Shown: positions 19,534 to 29,902, counted from the stretch's first letter. The stretch is 64,000 nucleotides of DNA from Methanotrichaceae archaeon (GCA_963748825.1 CAVVKN010000010.1:96001-160000); one strand, 5' to 3'. Numbers and translations are program-made. Notes: a model not told the origin generated them from the letters alone.

Positions 19534-20694
19534 ATGAAAAAGGAAATGCATAAGGCGCTGGCAGCGGCGTCGCCCATAGGAACGGAGCACGAGTACTCCA
19601 TAAATGATAAAAACTTCCGGCCTCTGGCCATCTCTGACCGGATCATCCAAAGGATAGCAGGACAGGTGCAGCACGAGGTTGCTTTTGGGGGGATACTGGT
19701 CTCCAAGGAGCTGCAAAAGCATGCCATCGAGTTGATCCCAGCCAGGCCGGGGAGCCTCAGCTTTTTGGAAAGCAATCTCTACCAGGGCCTCTCTGAGCTT
19801 TACCGGGCCACGAATTACGAATACGGCTTCATGGGTCTGGGAATGCATCCGCTGCTCAAATTGGATGAGACGACCTATTGGGATCATGATGAGCAGGAGT
19901 ATTATCAGGTATACGACCGGCTGTTCAATATCAAGCAGCACGGCTGGCTGAATATTCAGGCTCTGCAGGTCAACATACCCTACATGGGCAAGGATGAGCT
20001 GGTCGCTATGTTCAACAAGATTCGCTCGCTGATTCCGTATCTCGTCGCCGTATCTGCCTCCTCGCCCATGGTGGAAGGGAAGCTCACCACTTACATGGAC
20101 AACCGTCTGGTTTACTACCGGCAAAACCAGGCTGCCATTCCTGAGATCTGCCATGACATACTGCCCGAAAAGCTGGAGAGCGTGGAAGATTATGTGCAGA
20201 TCAACCGGCAGATCTACTCTGAGCTGAAGAAATGCGGGGCAGAGATTCTCTGTAGAGAGTGGGTCAATTCCAGAGGCGTGATCGTGCGCTTTACGAGAAA
20301 GTGCCTGGAGGTCAAAGCCATCGATGAGCAGGAATGCCTGCACTCGGACATGGCGTTCTCGGCTTTCTTGCTGGCACTGCTTCGATCCGACCTCGTGCTG
20401 GAGGAAGATGAGAGCAGTCTTCTGGCCATGCTGGAGGATGCCATGCACCGCAGCGTAGCTGGAATGCGCCCAGAGCTGGAGAAGCTGCTCGCTGCAGCGC
20501 AAAAGAGCGCAACGATTGAGGAGATGCGATATTTGCCCCTGGTGGCAAAGCGCATTGAGCAGGGCAGCTTGGCGGAGATCATGGTCCAAAAGCTAAAGGA
20601 GACTAACGGCAAGATCGAACCGGTACTTGCGCAGATGCAATGGTGCCTGAAGGAGAACAGGCCTTATTCTGCCGAGCCGGAAAGATGCGGCTAG
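19534..20694 (+). CDS. Glutamate--cysteine ligase family 2 (GCS2) carboxylate-amine ligase
   Basis: GTEHEY, ELQKHAIE, GLGMHP, HGWLNIQALQVN, ASSP, NSRGVIVRF...EVKAIDEQEC. Confidence 0.85.
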   Translation: MKKEMHKALAAASPIGTEHEYSINDKNFRPLAISDRIIQRIAGQVQHEVAFGGILVSKELQKHAIELIPARPGSLSFLESNLYQGLSELYRATNYEYGFMGLGMHPLLKLDETTYWDHDEQEYYQVYDRLFNIKQHGWLNIQALQVNIPYMGKDELVAMFNKIRSLIPYLVAVSASSPMVEGKLTTYMDNRLVYYRQNQAAIPEICHDILPEKLESVEDYVQINRQIYSELKKCGAEILCREWVNSRGVIVRFTRKCLEVKAIDEQECLHSDMAFSAFLLALLRSDLVLEEDESSLLAMLEDAMHRSVAGMRPELEKLLAAAQKSATIEEMRYLPLVAKRIEQGSLAEIMVQKLKETNGKIEPVLAQMQWCLKENRPYSAEPERCG

Positions 20695-20779
20695 TGGATC
20701 AGGATCAAATATAATTTAAAGTTTAATATAAAAACGAAGGAGAAAAAAGGAAAAAGACAAAAAAGCTCCTTTTTGGCCC

Positions 20780-21556
20780 CTATCTTGTCCAGACCGATCC
20801 GGCAAAGCCTCCTGTCTTGGAAATAGCCACCAGTTTGTTATTGGACTCTATCTGGAGGACCAGATTGCCGTTTTGCATAATGCTTCCCTTGGGAACGTCA
20901 CTCCAGTCTGCGTTGATCATATTGCCACTTCTGGTGCCGCGCATTACATTAGACCAGTTCGGTGTATTGGGATCCAGCTCGCCATACCACCAGACGGTTG
21001 TTCCCAGCTGGCGCACATAGTACTTGCCGCCGTCATCGCAGTTCCAGACACCGGTCAGATCTATCAGAGCCGGCACGCTGCCTGGTATCACTCCACCGGG
21101 AATTGCACCTCCAGGCGCTGTTCCTCCTGGTGCCTGGGCTTTCTGGAAGGTATAGCTGGACAGGTAATTGCTTCTGCCGCTATTATCCTTGAAGCGATCG
21201 TAGGAGTCTACGTTCAACTTATTGCCAGCAGGTTTTATGACCAGGGTAGTCTCCGAGAATCCGGCATCAAAAACGGCTATCAGGGTATCGGCACCACTGA
21301 GGATATCAGAAGAGACGCCGGAAGCAAAGGCTTGAGCCTGAACCGTCCCCCAATCGCAATCGGTAGGATGACACCTACCCCAGCCTTGCACCTGAGCGGA
21401 GGTGCCCATGACAGCGATGTCCAATTTGGTGATGCCGCTGGTATTAGGATCTACATTGTTCCAGGAACCGGCAAACTGGGCCATGCCGGCAAGACCGCCG
21501 GTGGCAGTCAATAAAAGCAGCAGGACTGCTGCCAGGCAAGAATACAATAATCTCAT
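20780..21556 (-). CDS. Secreted two-domain hypothetical protein (WGxCHPTDCDWG domain + DLTGVWNCDDGG domain)
   Basis: Signal peptide; first domain paralogous to 21596-22117; PGG-repeat linker. Confidence 0.75.
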   Translation of the reverse strand: MRLLYSCLAAVLLLLLTATGGLAGMAQFAGSWNNVDPNTSGITKLDIAVMGTSAQVQGWGRCHPTDCDWGTVQAQAFASGVSSDILSGADTLIAVFDAGFSETTLVIKPAGNKLNVDSYDRFKDNSGRSNYLSSYTFQKAQAPGGTAPGGAIPGGVIPGSVPALIDLTGVWNCDDGGKYYVRQLGTTVWWYGELDPNTPNWSNVMRGTRSGNMINADWSDVPKGSIMQNGNLVLQIESNNKLVAISKTGGFAGSVWTR

Positions 21557-21595
21557 ATTTTGACCTCGGGAATGTTTTTTAACATTTTTATCTCA

Positions 21596-22117
21596 TCAAT
21601 TGTTTCCAATCGTTCTTATCAGAGGAAGAACGTCCAGCTTATTGAATTTCTGCAGCGGTTTGACCTCGGCGATCATGCCGGTAACACCTATGGGAGAGGT
21701 TTTTTGGAATACATTGCTGGATGCATAGTTGCTTCTGCCGCTACTATCCTTGAAGCGGGTGTATGACTGCACAGACAGCCTATTGCCTTGGGGCTTGATG
21801 AAAAGGGTCGTCTCTGAGAATCCTGCATCGAATATTGCCATCAATGCTTGCGCCTGGCTGGCCAGATCTGAGGAGACATCCGGAGCAAAGGCAAAGGCCG
21901 AAACCGTCCCCCAGTCGCAGTCGGTGGGATGGCACTTGCCCCAGGCATGCACCTGAGCGGAGTCGCCGGAGATGCCGATATTTAATGTGGTTATTCCTCC
22001 CGTATTCGAGTCAACGTTGCTCCAATCGCCAGCAAACTGGGCCAAGCTGGCAGTACAGGTGGACAGCGAAATCAACAACAACAGACATGCTGTCGCCAAA
22101 GACAGGAAAATTTTCAT
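21596..22117 (-). CDS. Secreted hypothetical protein (WGKCHPTDCDWG domain), tandem paralog
   Basis: Signal peptide; extensive identity with the N-terminal domain of 20780-21556. Confidence 0.75.
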   Translation of the reverse strand: MKIFLSLATACLLLLISLSTCTASLAQFAGDWSNVDSNTGGITTLNIGISGDSAQVHAWGKCHPTDCDWGTVSAFAFAPDVSSDLASQAQALMAIFDAGFSETTLFIKPQGNRLSVQSYTRFKDSSGRSNYASSNVFQKTSPIGVTGMIAEVKPLQKFNKLDVLPLIRTIGNN

Positions 22118-22265
22118 ATTCTAACCTCGACCTCAAAATCCTTAAACTCATTAAGTGCTTCTTAGTATAAATTTTTTTGGCAAATCTCAAGCGATTCTCT
22201 GGCTCGCTTTCGATCCTTGATCCATCATCCTTGATCCTCCATCCTTGACCTTGTAACTTGCTCCT

Positions 22266-22766
22266 TTAGCGAAGAATGCTATGGCTCTTCAGCCCCAGGA
22301 TCTCATCGACCTTGACGCCCACCAACTTCCAGACGGAGCTTTTCTCCCCCTGCAGCAAGACTTCCACCGGCTCGTCCGGCGAATGGCCGAGAGCGGAGAG
22401 GACATTGGAGGAGAGAGCTTTGCTTTTTATCAGATGCACAAACATCTCTCGCACCGCCCTTTTTTGCCCGGCGTCCTCCACCTGCACCAGCCGCCCGGGC
22501 AGGGCCACAAAGCTGAAGGCGGAAAGATCAGGAGAATAGTGCTCTATCTCCACAGTCACGAAGGGATTATCCCTGAAGTACTGCACCTTTTTCCCGTAAT
22601 TGGTGGATAAGAAATACATGAACTTGCCATCAAACACATAAAGAAATGGGGCGATGTAGGGATGCGTCTCTCCTTTAAAAGCAATGCGGCAGACATATTG
22701 CTCCTCCACCAGCCGGTCGTACTCCGCCTTTCCCATGCGGGGCATCTTAAAGACATCTTCGGACAT
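22266..22766 (-). CDS. Pyridoxamine 5'-phosphate oxidase-like (NimA-type) flavin-binding protein
   Basis: CRIAF...PYIAPFLY...YF...GKK...NPFVTVE. Confidence 0.8.
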   Translation of the reverse strand: MSEDVFKMPRMGKAEYDRLVEEQYVCRIAFKGETHPYIAPFLYVFDGKFMYFLSTNYGKKVQYFRDNPFVTVEIEHYSPDLSAFSFVALPGRLVQVEDAGQKRAVREMFVHLIKSKALSSNVLSALGHSPDEPVEVLLQGEKSSVWKLVGVKVDEILGLKSHSILR

Positions 22767-22955
22767 TGATTCCTCTCCGCGCCAGTGTTCGGCAACACAA
22801 GCTCATAGCTTATGCATCTTGGGCATGAAAAAGATTTCTAAGAGAAGCAAGTCATAAGGCCTAAGTATTTTAGCAGGAGGGCTTTGATCAAATGGGGGGT
22901 TACTTTCGCCCCGCTTGCATATTGGTTATAATCTTTAAGTTCACTGATAATCCCA

Positions 22956-24167
22956 ATGGTCACCCTGGAGAAGATCGCCCATCTGGCAGAGGAGTGCAGA
23001 TTCGACTCAATGGGCCCGGCTGCAAGCCCAGCCGTGCTGGGCGTGGACGCCGAGAAACTCAGCACCCTGGGAGAAGGCACGCGGCATGACGTCTGCACGT
23101 CCACCTTCTCCCCGCGCGAGACTCCCCTGCCAGGAATTTGCCACGCCTTCACCCAGGACGGCAGATGTGTCAGCCTCTTCAAAACCCTTTACACCAACCA
23201 CTGTACTCATCAGTGCAGCTACTGCACCAATTCCGTAAACTGCAGCAGCAAAGCCAAAGCCTTCTCCTATACCCCGGAAGAGCTGGCCAAGATCACGCTC
23301 TCCCTTTACCGCTCAAATTATATTGAAGGGCTCTTTCTCAGCTCCGGTGCGGGCCGAGATGAGGATCGCATCATGGAAAAGATGGTAGAGACCGCCAGGC
23401 TGCTTCGCCAAAAATTCGCTTTTTCCGGATACATTCATCTAAAGATTCTGCCCGGCTGCGCGCGGGCTCATATCCAGGAAGCCGTAGAGCTAGCGGATCG
23501 GGTCAGCATAAATTTAGAGGCGGCATCGGCCTCGCAAATGAATGAGATGTGCGCCACCAAGAATTACGAGAGCGATATCTTGCAAAGGCAGAGGTACATT
23601 CGCGATATTTTATCCGAGACTTCCAGTGCCAATCTGCCCGCCGGCCAGACCACGCAGCTTGTGGTAGGTGCAGCTGGAGAGAGCGATGAGGATATCTTCA
23701 AAAGAGTCCTATATGAGTACAAGGAAATTGGGGTGCGAAGGGCCTACTACAGCGCTTTTTCCCCTCAGCGGGGCACGCCCTTTGAGAATCGGAAGAGCCA
23801 GCCGTTGTGGCGAGAGCACCGCCTCTATCAGATGGACTGGCTCTTTCGGGTCTATCACTTCCAGCCCGGCGAGATCCGGAACGCCTTTAATGAGAATGGC
23901 TTTCTCTGCAATGCCGATCCCAAGATGGCCATCGCCAGAGAGTTTATGGACCTGCCCGTGGACCCAAATACGGCCGCATTCCAGGAACTGCTGAGAGTGC
24001 CGGGCATCGGGCCCAGAAGTGCGCAAAGAATTGTTGCTTTCCGCAAAAGGCAGCCGATTGCGGCTAAAGCAGAGCTGGCGGCAATGGGCGTTCGGATCAA
24101 AAAAGCCTCGCCCTTTCTGAAGATCAACGGCTGGAGAGACACAACTCTGGAGATGTGGCAGGCTTGA
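22956..24167 (+). CDS. Putative DNA modification/repair radical SAM protein with helix-hairpin-helix (TIGR03916-like)
   Basis: GICHAFTQDGRCVSLFK, CTHQCSYC, GLFLSSG, REHRLYQMDWL, LLRVPGIGP. Confidence 0.9.
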   Translation: MVTLEKIAHLAEECRFDSMGPAASPAVLGVDAEKLSTLGEGTRHDVCTSTFSPRETPLPGICHAFTQDGRCVSLFKTLYTNHCTHQCSYCTNSVNCSSKAKAFSYTPEELAKITLSLYRSNYIEGLFLSSGAGRDEDRIMEKMVETARLLRQKFAFSGYIHLKILPGCARAHIQEAVELADRVSINLEAASASQMNEMCATKNYESDILQRQRYIRDILSETSSANLPAGQTTQLVVGAAGESDEDIFKRVLYEYKEIGVRRAYYSAFSPQRGTPFENRKSQPLWREHRLYQMDWLFRVYHFQPGEIRNAFNENGFLCNADPKMAIAREFMDLPVDPNTAAFQELLRVPGIGPRSAQRIVAFRKRQPIAAKAELAAMGVRIKKASPFLKINGWRDTTLEMWQA

Positions 24168-24763
24168 AGATTCCGGAAGACTTCATCTACTACCTCTCCC
24201 TGCATGAGGACTGCAATGAGCGGCTTCTTGCCAGAGCAGAAGATCTCACGGCAGGGGACGTGGAAGTCTCCCAACATCTCGAAGTTGCCCGCATAAAAAA
24301 GATGGTCCATGCCGTTATGGGCGAGGTGCACAGGATGAAGGCATTTGTGAGGCTCTCTTTTCTTGGCACCTCTGTCCTTTACGGCTTTTTCAAGCCCAGG
24401 CACAAAATAGGAGAGCATATCTGCGATCACTTCGCCCGCAGGAATGCCGGGATAATAGTAGTGCTGGGAAACGGCAGGGAGAGCTGGATCTCGCTTTGCC
24501 GGGAAGGGAGGATCTGGCAGGACCATTGTCAGGGTCTGTCTGAAACCCTGGAGAGGCTGAAGTCGGCCCTGCATTGTAGCGAGGATGGATCCAATGTGGA
24601 AGGCCTCTGGCAAGTCTACTATGACAGCCAATACTGTCCGGAAAGGAAGAATCTGGTGGCATTTCGACGGTACATGCCCAGAAGATATCAGGAGGCGGCG
24701 GGTATTCGGCTTGTCCAAAATAAGAAAAATGCAACCCTCGGAGAATTTCTGGGCGATGGTTGA
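24155..24763 (+). CDS. DUF4130/TIGR03915-like putative DNA metabolism protein
   Basis: EVHRMKAFVR, HFARR, LWQVYYDS...ERKN...MPRRY; overlaps the radical SAM gene. Confidence 0.82.
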   Translation: MAGLKIPEDFIYYLSLHEDCNERLLARAEDLTAGDVEVSQHLEVARIKKMVHAVMGEVHRMKAFVRLSFLGTSVLYGFFKPRHKIGEHICDHFARRNAGIIVVLGNGRESWISLCREGRIWQDHCQGLSETLERLKSALHCSEDGSNVEGLWQVYYDSQYCPERKNLVAFRRYMPRRYQEAAGIRLVQNKKNATLGEFLGDG

Positions 24764-25127
24764 TCGCGAAGGGAAAGGCCGCACAGGGTTGTACCCTTTG
24801 TAGTCTGTTTGCAGACTGAATTGCTTGCCACCAGGTGATGAAGAAATGAGAAGGATTAACAGGAGGATTGCTGGTCTAGATACCGGCATAGACATAGCTA
24901 TGCTCCGTTTTGAGCAATATCGTTTAAATCAAAAATATTAACGTAGTTCTCTTCAGAGATTGCTAATGCAAAGATATTCGAAATCCTCAATGACGATCTC
25001 GTCGTAACGACGCAGCCAATCTATCCATGACTGAAAAATCGTGGCCCAATTGGAAAGGCTCTGCGAATGCAGGGACCAAGTTATTTATTCCCGGACATTA
25101 AAATACTGATGTTGGAGTGGATACAAA

Positions 25128-25388
25128 GTGAAAAAGTGTATTGCTGCATTATGCTTTTGCATCGCTCTGTTGACCATGCAAGGTGCCGCTTATCCTGCGC
25201 CGATTCATATCGGCCATGGCCTTATCGGGAACCTAAATCCTCATGAAACAGGTGCTATCGTTTTGAGTTCTTATTTCGATCCAAATCAGGGAACCTATAA
25301 CAACTATTGGAGCTTTGAATCTCGGATATTTGACTACTGGCGATTTATGCCTTCTGGATTCTGGTATGTGGATAAAATAAAAGTATAA
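25128..25388 (+). CDS. Small secreted hypothetical protein
   Basis: Signal-peptide-like N-terminus; GGAGTGG RBS upstream. Confidence 0.5.
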   Translation: MKKCIAALCFCIALLTMQGAAYPAPIHIGHGLIGNLNPHETGAIVLSSYFDPNQGTYNNYWSFESRIFDYWRFMPSGFWYVDKIKV

Positions 25389-25477
25389 ATAATAAAATTT
25401 GATATAAATATTAATAATAGATTCCTGCAAACATATCTCCGAAACCTCTTTATATTCTTCAAGACAACTTACTGCTC

Positions 25478-26053
25478 ATGAAAAATCGCTTCTCCCTTCT
25501 TCTCATTTCCCTCCTCTTGCTCCTGGCGGGCCAGGCCGGTGCATCCTACTGGTTTCAGGTGATCAATGTCACGCCCATTGAGATGACGCCAAGCAGCGAA
25601 GCCAACTTCACCGTCTCTGTCAAGGGCCTGGGCAGCGAGAGAGCCTATGTAGAGTTGGTCTTCAAGAATAAAACCGAGGGACTGGATTTCACCTGCCCGA
25701 AGATGATCAAGAACGTCTATCCTACAGGCGTGACAAAATACAACTGCACCGTAAAGGCAGCAGATGTGTCACCAGGCAACTACTCTTTCGTGGTGGATGT
25801 CGCCGCCAAGGGATCGCCCTCCGGCAAGAAGACCGCCTTCATTAATGTGGTAGCGGCAAAGAGCGATGCGGCAATTGAGCCTGAGAAGCAGCCGATGCTA
25901 ACAGGGCCGGTGCTGCAAGCATATAATGCATCCAAGGCCGAACAAACCAATCAGACCCCGGCAAATGAGACCCAGGCACAGAAGACTCCTGCCCCCGGGG
26001 CAGCGGTGGCAATTCTTGCAACGCTTGTTGCCATGCGGAGGATGAAGAGCTAG
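25478..26053 (+). CDS. Secreted Ig-like protein with C-terminal sorting-signal-like tail
   Basis: Signal peptide; T/Q/P-rich linker then TPAPG-hydrophobic-RRMKS. Confidence 0.75.
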   Translation: MKNRFSLLLISLLLLLAGQAGASYWFQVINVTPIEMTPSSEANFTVSVKGLGSERAYVELVFKNKTEGLDFTCPKMIKNVYPTGVTKYNCTVKAADVSPGNYSFVVDVAAKGSPSGKKTAFINVVAAKSDAAIEPEKQPMLTGPVLQAYNASKAEQTNQTPANETQAQKTPAPGAAVAILATLVAMRRMKS

Positions 26054-26149
26054 AAGCAAAATGTATTTTTTCCAAATAATCTGCACAAAATTTTCTTGCC
26101 GTCTTGCCAAATAATAGTCCCGGAACAGATGGGAACTAAGCATCAAGAA

Positions 26150-27420
26150 TGGAACACCAGCTTAGGGACGAGATAGCGATATTAAAAGGAGAAAAAGCGA
26201 AAACCAAAATACGTGCCAAATGTCCCAGCGAGAGAACCACCCGTCCCGAAGCCCAAATCCAAAGTATGGTCGAAGGATTCTAAGAAAGACAAAGTAAAAG
26301 TAGACAGACAAGTTACTGTTTCTGTGAAAGGCACATTACCATCCGATGCCCGATTTATAGGCTATCGAAAGGTAGTAATCCAAGACGTAATTCTGAAAAC
26401 AGATAATGTCGAGTACCTGTTGGAGAGACATTATTCTCCCTCACTGAAGAAATACTATGATGCAAAGCTCCCTGAAGAAGTCAGAGGGTCGCAGTTTGGA
26501 GCTAATCTCAAGGCACTTACGGCAATTCTATACATCTCGTGCCGGGTAACTGAGAACAAAATGTGCCAGCTATATAAAGACATAGGCATATCAATATCTG
26601 AAGGCCAAATCTCTAATATCATTACCAAAGAAAAGCACTTTGAACTTGCTCAGGAAAAGCAAGCTATATTTGAGGCAGGAATGAAGCATGCTAAGTTCAT
26701 CCAGACAGATGAAACCGGAGCAAGACACCAAGGAAAGAACCAATATGCACATGTGGTGTGCAATCCATACTTCACTTGTTATTTTATACGGCCAGATAAG
26801 AAAAGAGATACCTTGAAAGCCATTTTTGGTCTTGGTAAAGATGAGCGTTTGAATATTCCTTTGATAACTGATGATGCAAAACAGTATTATAACTTGTCTA
26901 TAATATGTTGTCTATGTTGGATTCACGAAATCCGCCATTACAAGAAGTTGAATCCGTATTTAGGATATTATAAACAGATACTTGATTCATTCCTACGTGA
27001 ACTTTTCGAGCTTTATCGAATTATTCAACTATTTAAAATTTATCCAAATTACATTCTCAAAGAGTATATTCTATCGAGATTCGAGGCCCTCATCTTCAAG
27101 TCTTATGGTTATAACGAACTTGATCTGAGATTAACCGCAACTTGGGGAAATCGAGATCGATTGTTTCAGGTTCTGGATTATCCATATATTCCGCTCCATA
27201 ATAACGAGTCTGAAATAGCAGCTCGCGAACCTGTTGTTAAGAGAAAGATCAGCTACGGAACAAGATCAGAATTGGGCAAGTGCGCATGGGAAAACGGTTT
27301 ATCTATTAAGGATACGTGCAGAAAACTTGGGGTGAGCTTTTTCAATAATGCACGATATTTATGCAAAATCATTTGCCATGCCGAGGCTAGCTGAGATACT
27401 GACTATTCCCAATCATAGTA
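26150..27420 (+). mobile_element. IS66-like transposase, frameshifted at both ends (pseudogene)
   Basis: QTDETGAR, CWIHEIRHYKKL, PLHNNESEIAARE, KRKISYGTRS; N-terminal LRDEIAILKGEK and C-terminal MPRLAEI lie in other frames; low GC. Confidence 0.82.
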
Positions 27421-28077
27421 TTGAGCATGTTAAGCATAATTTTGACAGCAGTCTGCTTGCCGTTGACAATGGCAGAGTCGCCGTCATCCTGCAATGCCAC
27501 TTATTCTTCATCCCCAAGAATCCTTGGCTTTGATTTTTCGCCCAAAGAGTTGATCCTGGATACGGATAATGCATCCTTGCTGATTGCCCTTCAGACTCAT
27601 ATTGCCGATGATAACGGCGATATAGATTCGATTGAGGCGGTCTTTCTCAGTCCCTCTCAAAACCAATCCATAGCGGCCTTCATGAATTCCACAAATCTGT
27701 TCTCGGGAGACGCTAAGAATGGCAACTATACTATTAACATGTCCTTTTCCCCCTCCGGCGAAGTGGGAATTTGGATTCTTGAGCATCTGATTGTCTGTGA
27801 TAAGCAGGGAGATTGCAGGAAAATTGATGGAGCTGGAGCAGAGACGCTTGGCTTTCCGGCAAAGCTGCTTATCCTCAAGAATGCTCAAAATAGCTGCATA
27901 ATGCCACGGTCAAATTCTTCCGCTCTGCAGAGATCAAGTGAGGTTCCCGCACGGCAAAATTTAGATCTTGACCCGAATGAGCTTCGTGGCTGGGCCGATA
28001 CAGACAAAAGGTTCGCTGCCCAAAGAAAGATCATCATCAACAGCGTCTTCAACCGGCCCGCCATCTGCTGGCCTTAA
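27421..28077 (+). CDS. Hypothetical exported protein
   Basis: 218-aa ORF with hydrophobic N-terminus and beta-rich body; 5' end abuts the IS66 remnant. Confidence 0.55.
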   Translation: MSMLSIILTAVCLPLTMAESPSSCNATYSSSPRILGFDFSPKELILDTDNASLLIALQTHIADDNGDIDSIEAVFLSPSQNQSIAAFMNSTNLFSGDAKNGNYTINMSFSPSGEVGIWILEHLIVCDKQGDCRKIDGAGAETLGFPAKLLILKNAQNSCIMPRSNSSALQRSSEVPARQNLDLDPNELRGWADTDKRFAAQRKIIINSVFNRPAICWP

Positions 28078-28145
28078 TATAGGTCCTAAATCGATCAGAA
28101 TAAGATCAAGAGTAAATCAAAATCGAAAAAAAAGGAATGCCTATT

Positions 28146-28661
28146 TTAGACCTCTGCCCCATCCCCGCTCATGCCAAAGAGTTCGTGCTTTGCTGTGACG
28201 TAGAGATGGCGGCTCTTATCCGGATTTCCGCTCATGCCCACCACCTGGCCGATGAACATAGTATGATCTCCGGTCACAATCTGATCCACCACCTTGCATT
28301 CAAAGGCCACGGTCACGCCATCGATTGTGGGTGCCTTAACCGCCACAGAGTCCACCAACTTGAGGCCGGCCAGCTTTATCTTATCGCCATCGCGTCCCGA
28401 TTTCGTGCCGCAGATCCAGGCCGCCTCTGCCTGGTCCTCGCTGGGGTAATTGAGAACGAATTCCTTATTGTTCAAAATGCCTTCATGAGAGTACCTTCTC
28501 TTGTCAACTGAGATCATTATCAGAAACGGGTCAAAGGACGTTCTGGTGACCCAGGCGATGCCCATGGCATTGGGCCGTCCTTTCATATCCAGAGATGTCA
28601 CCAGGGCGTAGGGAAATGGGGCAGAGAGTGCTGTGGCTTCGGAATCGTTCAAGACTTTCAT
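28146..28661 (-). CDS. Flavin reductase-like (flavoredoxin) protein
   Basis: PNAMGIAW, CGTKSGRDGDK, ECKV...GDHTMFIG. Confidence 0.88.
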   Translation of the reverse strand: MKVLNDSEATALSAPFPYALVTSLDMKGRPNAMGIAWVTRTSFDPFLIMISVDKRRYSHEGILNNKEFVLNYPSEDQAEAAWICGTKSGRDGDKIKLAGLKLVDSVAVKAPTIDGVTVAFECKVVDQIVTGDHTMFIGQVVGMSGNPDKSRHLYVTAKHELFGMSGDGAEV

Positions 28662-28852
28662 TTAAAACACCTTGCAGTTATTTAGTTAAGAATCGCTTTA
28701 ATCCTACAGATAGTTTTCCCCATGATCCAGAATGCTTGAGATAAGAAAGAACCAACTTCTGAAGTAAAATCACTATTACAGTTACTATCTCATTTTGCCC
28801 CAAAAATGATAATATAAATGCTACTGCATGCGTGGTGGCTACCTGGATTGAA

Positions 28853-29782
28853 TTATCCCTCGTCTTCCATCTCCCAGCCCAGTCGCTCCCTGATGATCAG
28901 GTAGCTCATCTCCGGCGGTATGGCTCCCACCTCGGTGCAGATCAGGTCGATGTACTGGTGAGGCGTGACATCAAAGGCCGGATTTCTCACCCGAACATGG
29001 CTGTATTTGGAAATGTCGGGCAAGACCTCCCCGGCTTCGCGCTCCTCGATGGTGACCAGTTCTCCAAGCATCGTTTGGGGGCTGAACTTGTAGGTCTCGG
29101 CCGCCACCACGAAGCTGGTCCTGGCCTCATGGGCAGAGAGGGCGATCTGGGCTGTGCCGATCTTGTTCACGAGAGTTCCGTTGGCCGTTATCACGTCTGC
29201 TCCCACTACCACCAGATCTACCTCATTCATGACGCTTCTGGCCGCCGAGTCGACAATCAGCTCTGTCTCGATCCCCAAGCGGTCCAGCATGCCGATGGTG
29301 GTGATGCCCTGAAACCTGGGTCGCGACTCGGTGGCTATCACCTTGATCTTCTTTCCCGATTTATGGGCTGTACTGATGACGGAGAGCGCAGCCAGAGAAT
29401 TGCAGTGGGTAAGCACGGTATCGCCATCCTTAATCCTGCGGCTGCCGATCCGGCCGATTCTCTCCAGAGCCTTTTCTGAATTCTCGATGAAGCGATTAGC
29501 GTTAAGAACCACAGCTAAGCGAGCCGACGGCAGGTCATCTGCCCTGTACTTCATCACCATGCGTATGGCGTTAGAGAGGGAGACCGCCGTGGGCCTGGTC
29601 TTGAGAAGGATGTCGGCAGCCTTCTCCATCTGCAGATTAAAATCTTCAAGGTTTTGCGTTTGCATAGCCCTAGAGAAGTCGCGCAGAGATGCTGCTGCGG
29701 CTGTGGCAATTCGGCCAGCTCCTCGGATCTCCATGCTACGAATCTTTTCAGAAGTTTCCAATACCTGGTCCATCGGTTTCAT
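28853..29782 (-). CDS. Ribose-1,5-bisphosphate isomerase (eIF2B-like)
   Basis: MEIRGAGRIA, TRPTAVSL, THCNS, ESRP, NKIGT, NPAFDVTP. Confidence 0.9.
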   Translation of the reverse strand: MKPMDQVLETSEKIRSMEIRGAGRIATAAAASLRDFSRAMQTQNLEDFNLQMEKAADILLKTRPTAVSLSNAIRMVMKYRADDLPSARLAVVLNANRFIENSEKALERIGRIGSRRIKDGDTVLTHCNSLAALSVISTAHKSGKKIKVIATESRPRFQGITTIGMLDRLGIETELIVDSAARSVMNEVDLVVVGADVITANGTLVNKIGTAQIALSAHEARTSFVVAAETYKFSPQTMLGELVTIEEREAGEVLPDISKYSHVRVRNPAFDVTPHQYIDLICTEVGAIPPEMSYLIIRERLGWEMEDEG

Positions 29783-29902
29783 CTGATCTTCATTGAACTG
29801 GATTAGGATAAATTCATTTCCTATGGGAATAAAATCGCGTGGTGGAAAAAAGTTAAGCCAAAATTTTCTTCCAATAACATCAAAAAATTATTAATAGAAT
29901 GG

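Noticed and set aside
19519-20589. Long antisense ORFs (also 23855-24895 and 57207-58265)
   Set aside because: Shadow frames of well-supported genes on the opposite strand, with no motifs
22212-22255. Short atccttga tandem repeats (also tagattctaat twice at about 32916-32941)
   Set aside because: Only two to three imperfect units in intergenic DNA; compatible with simple slippage
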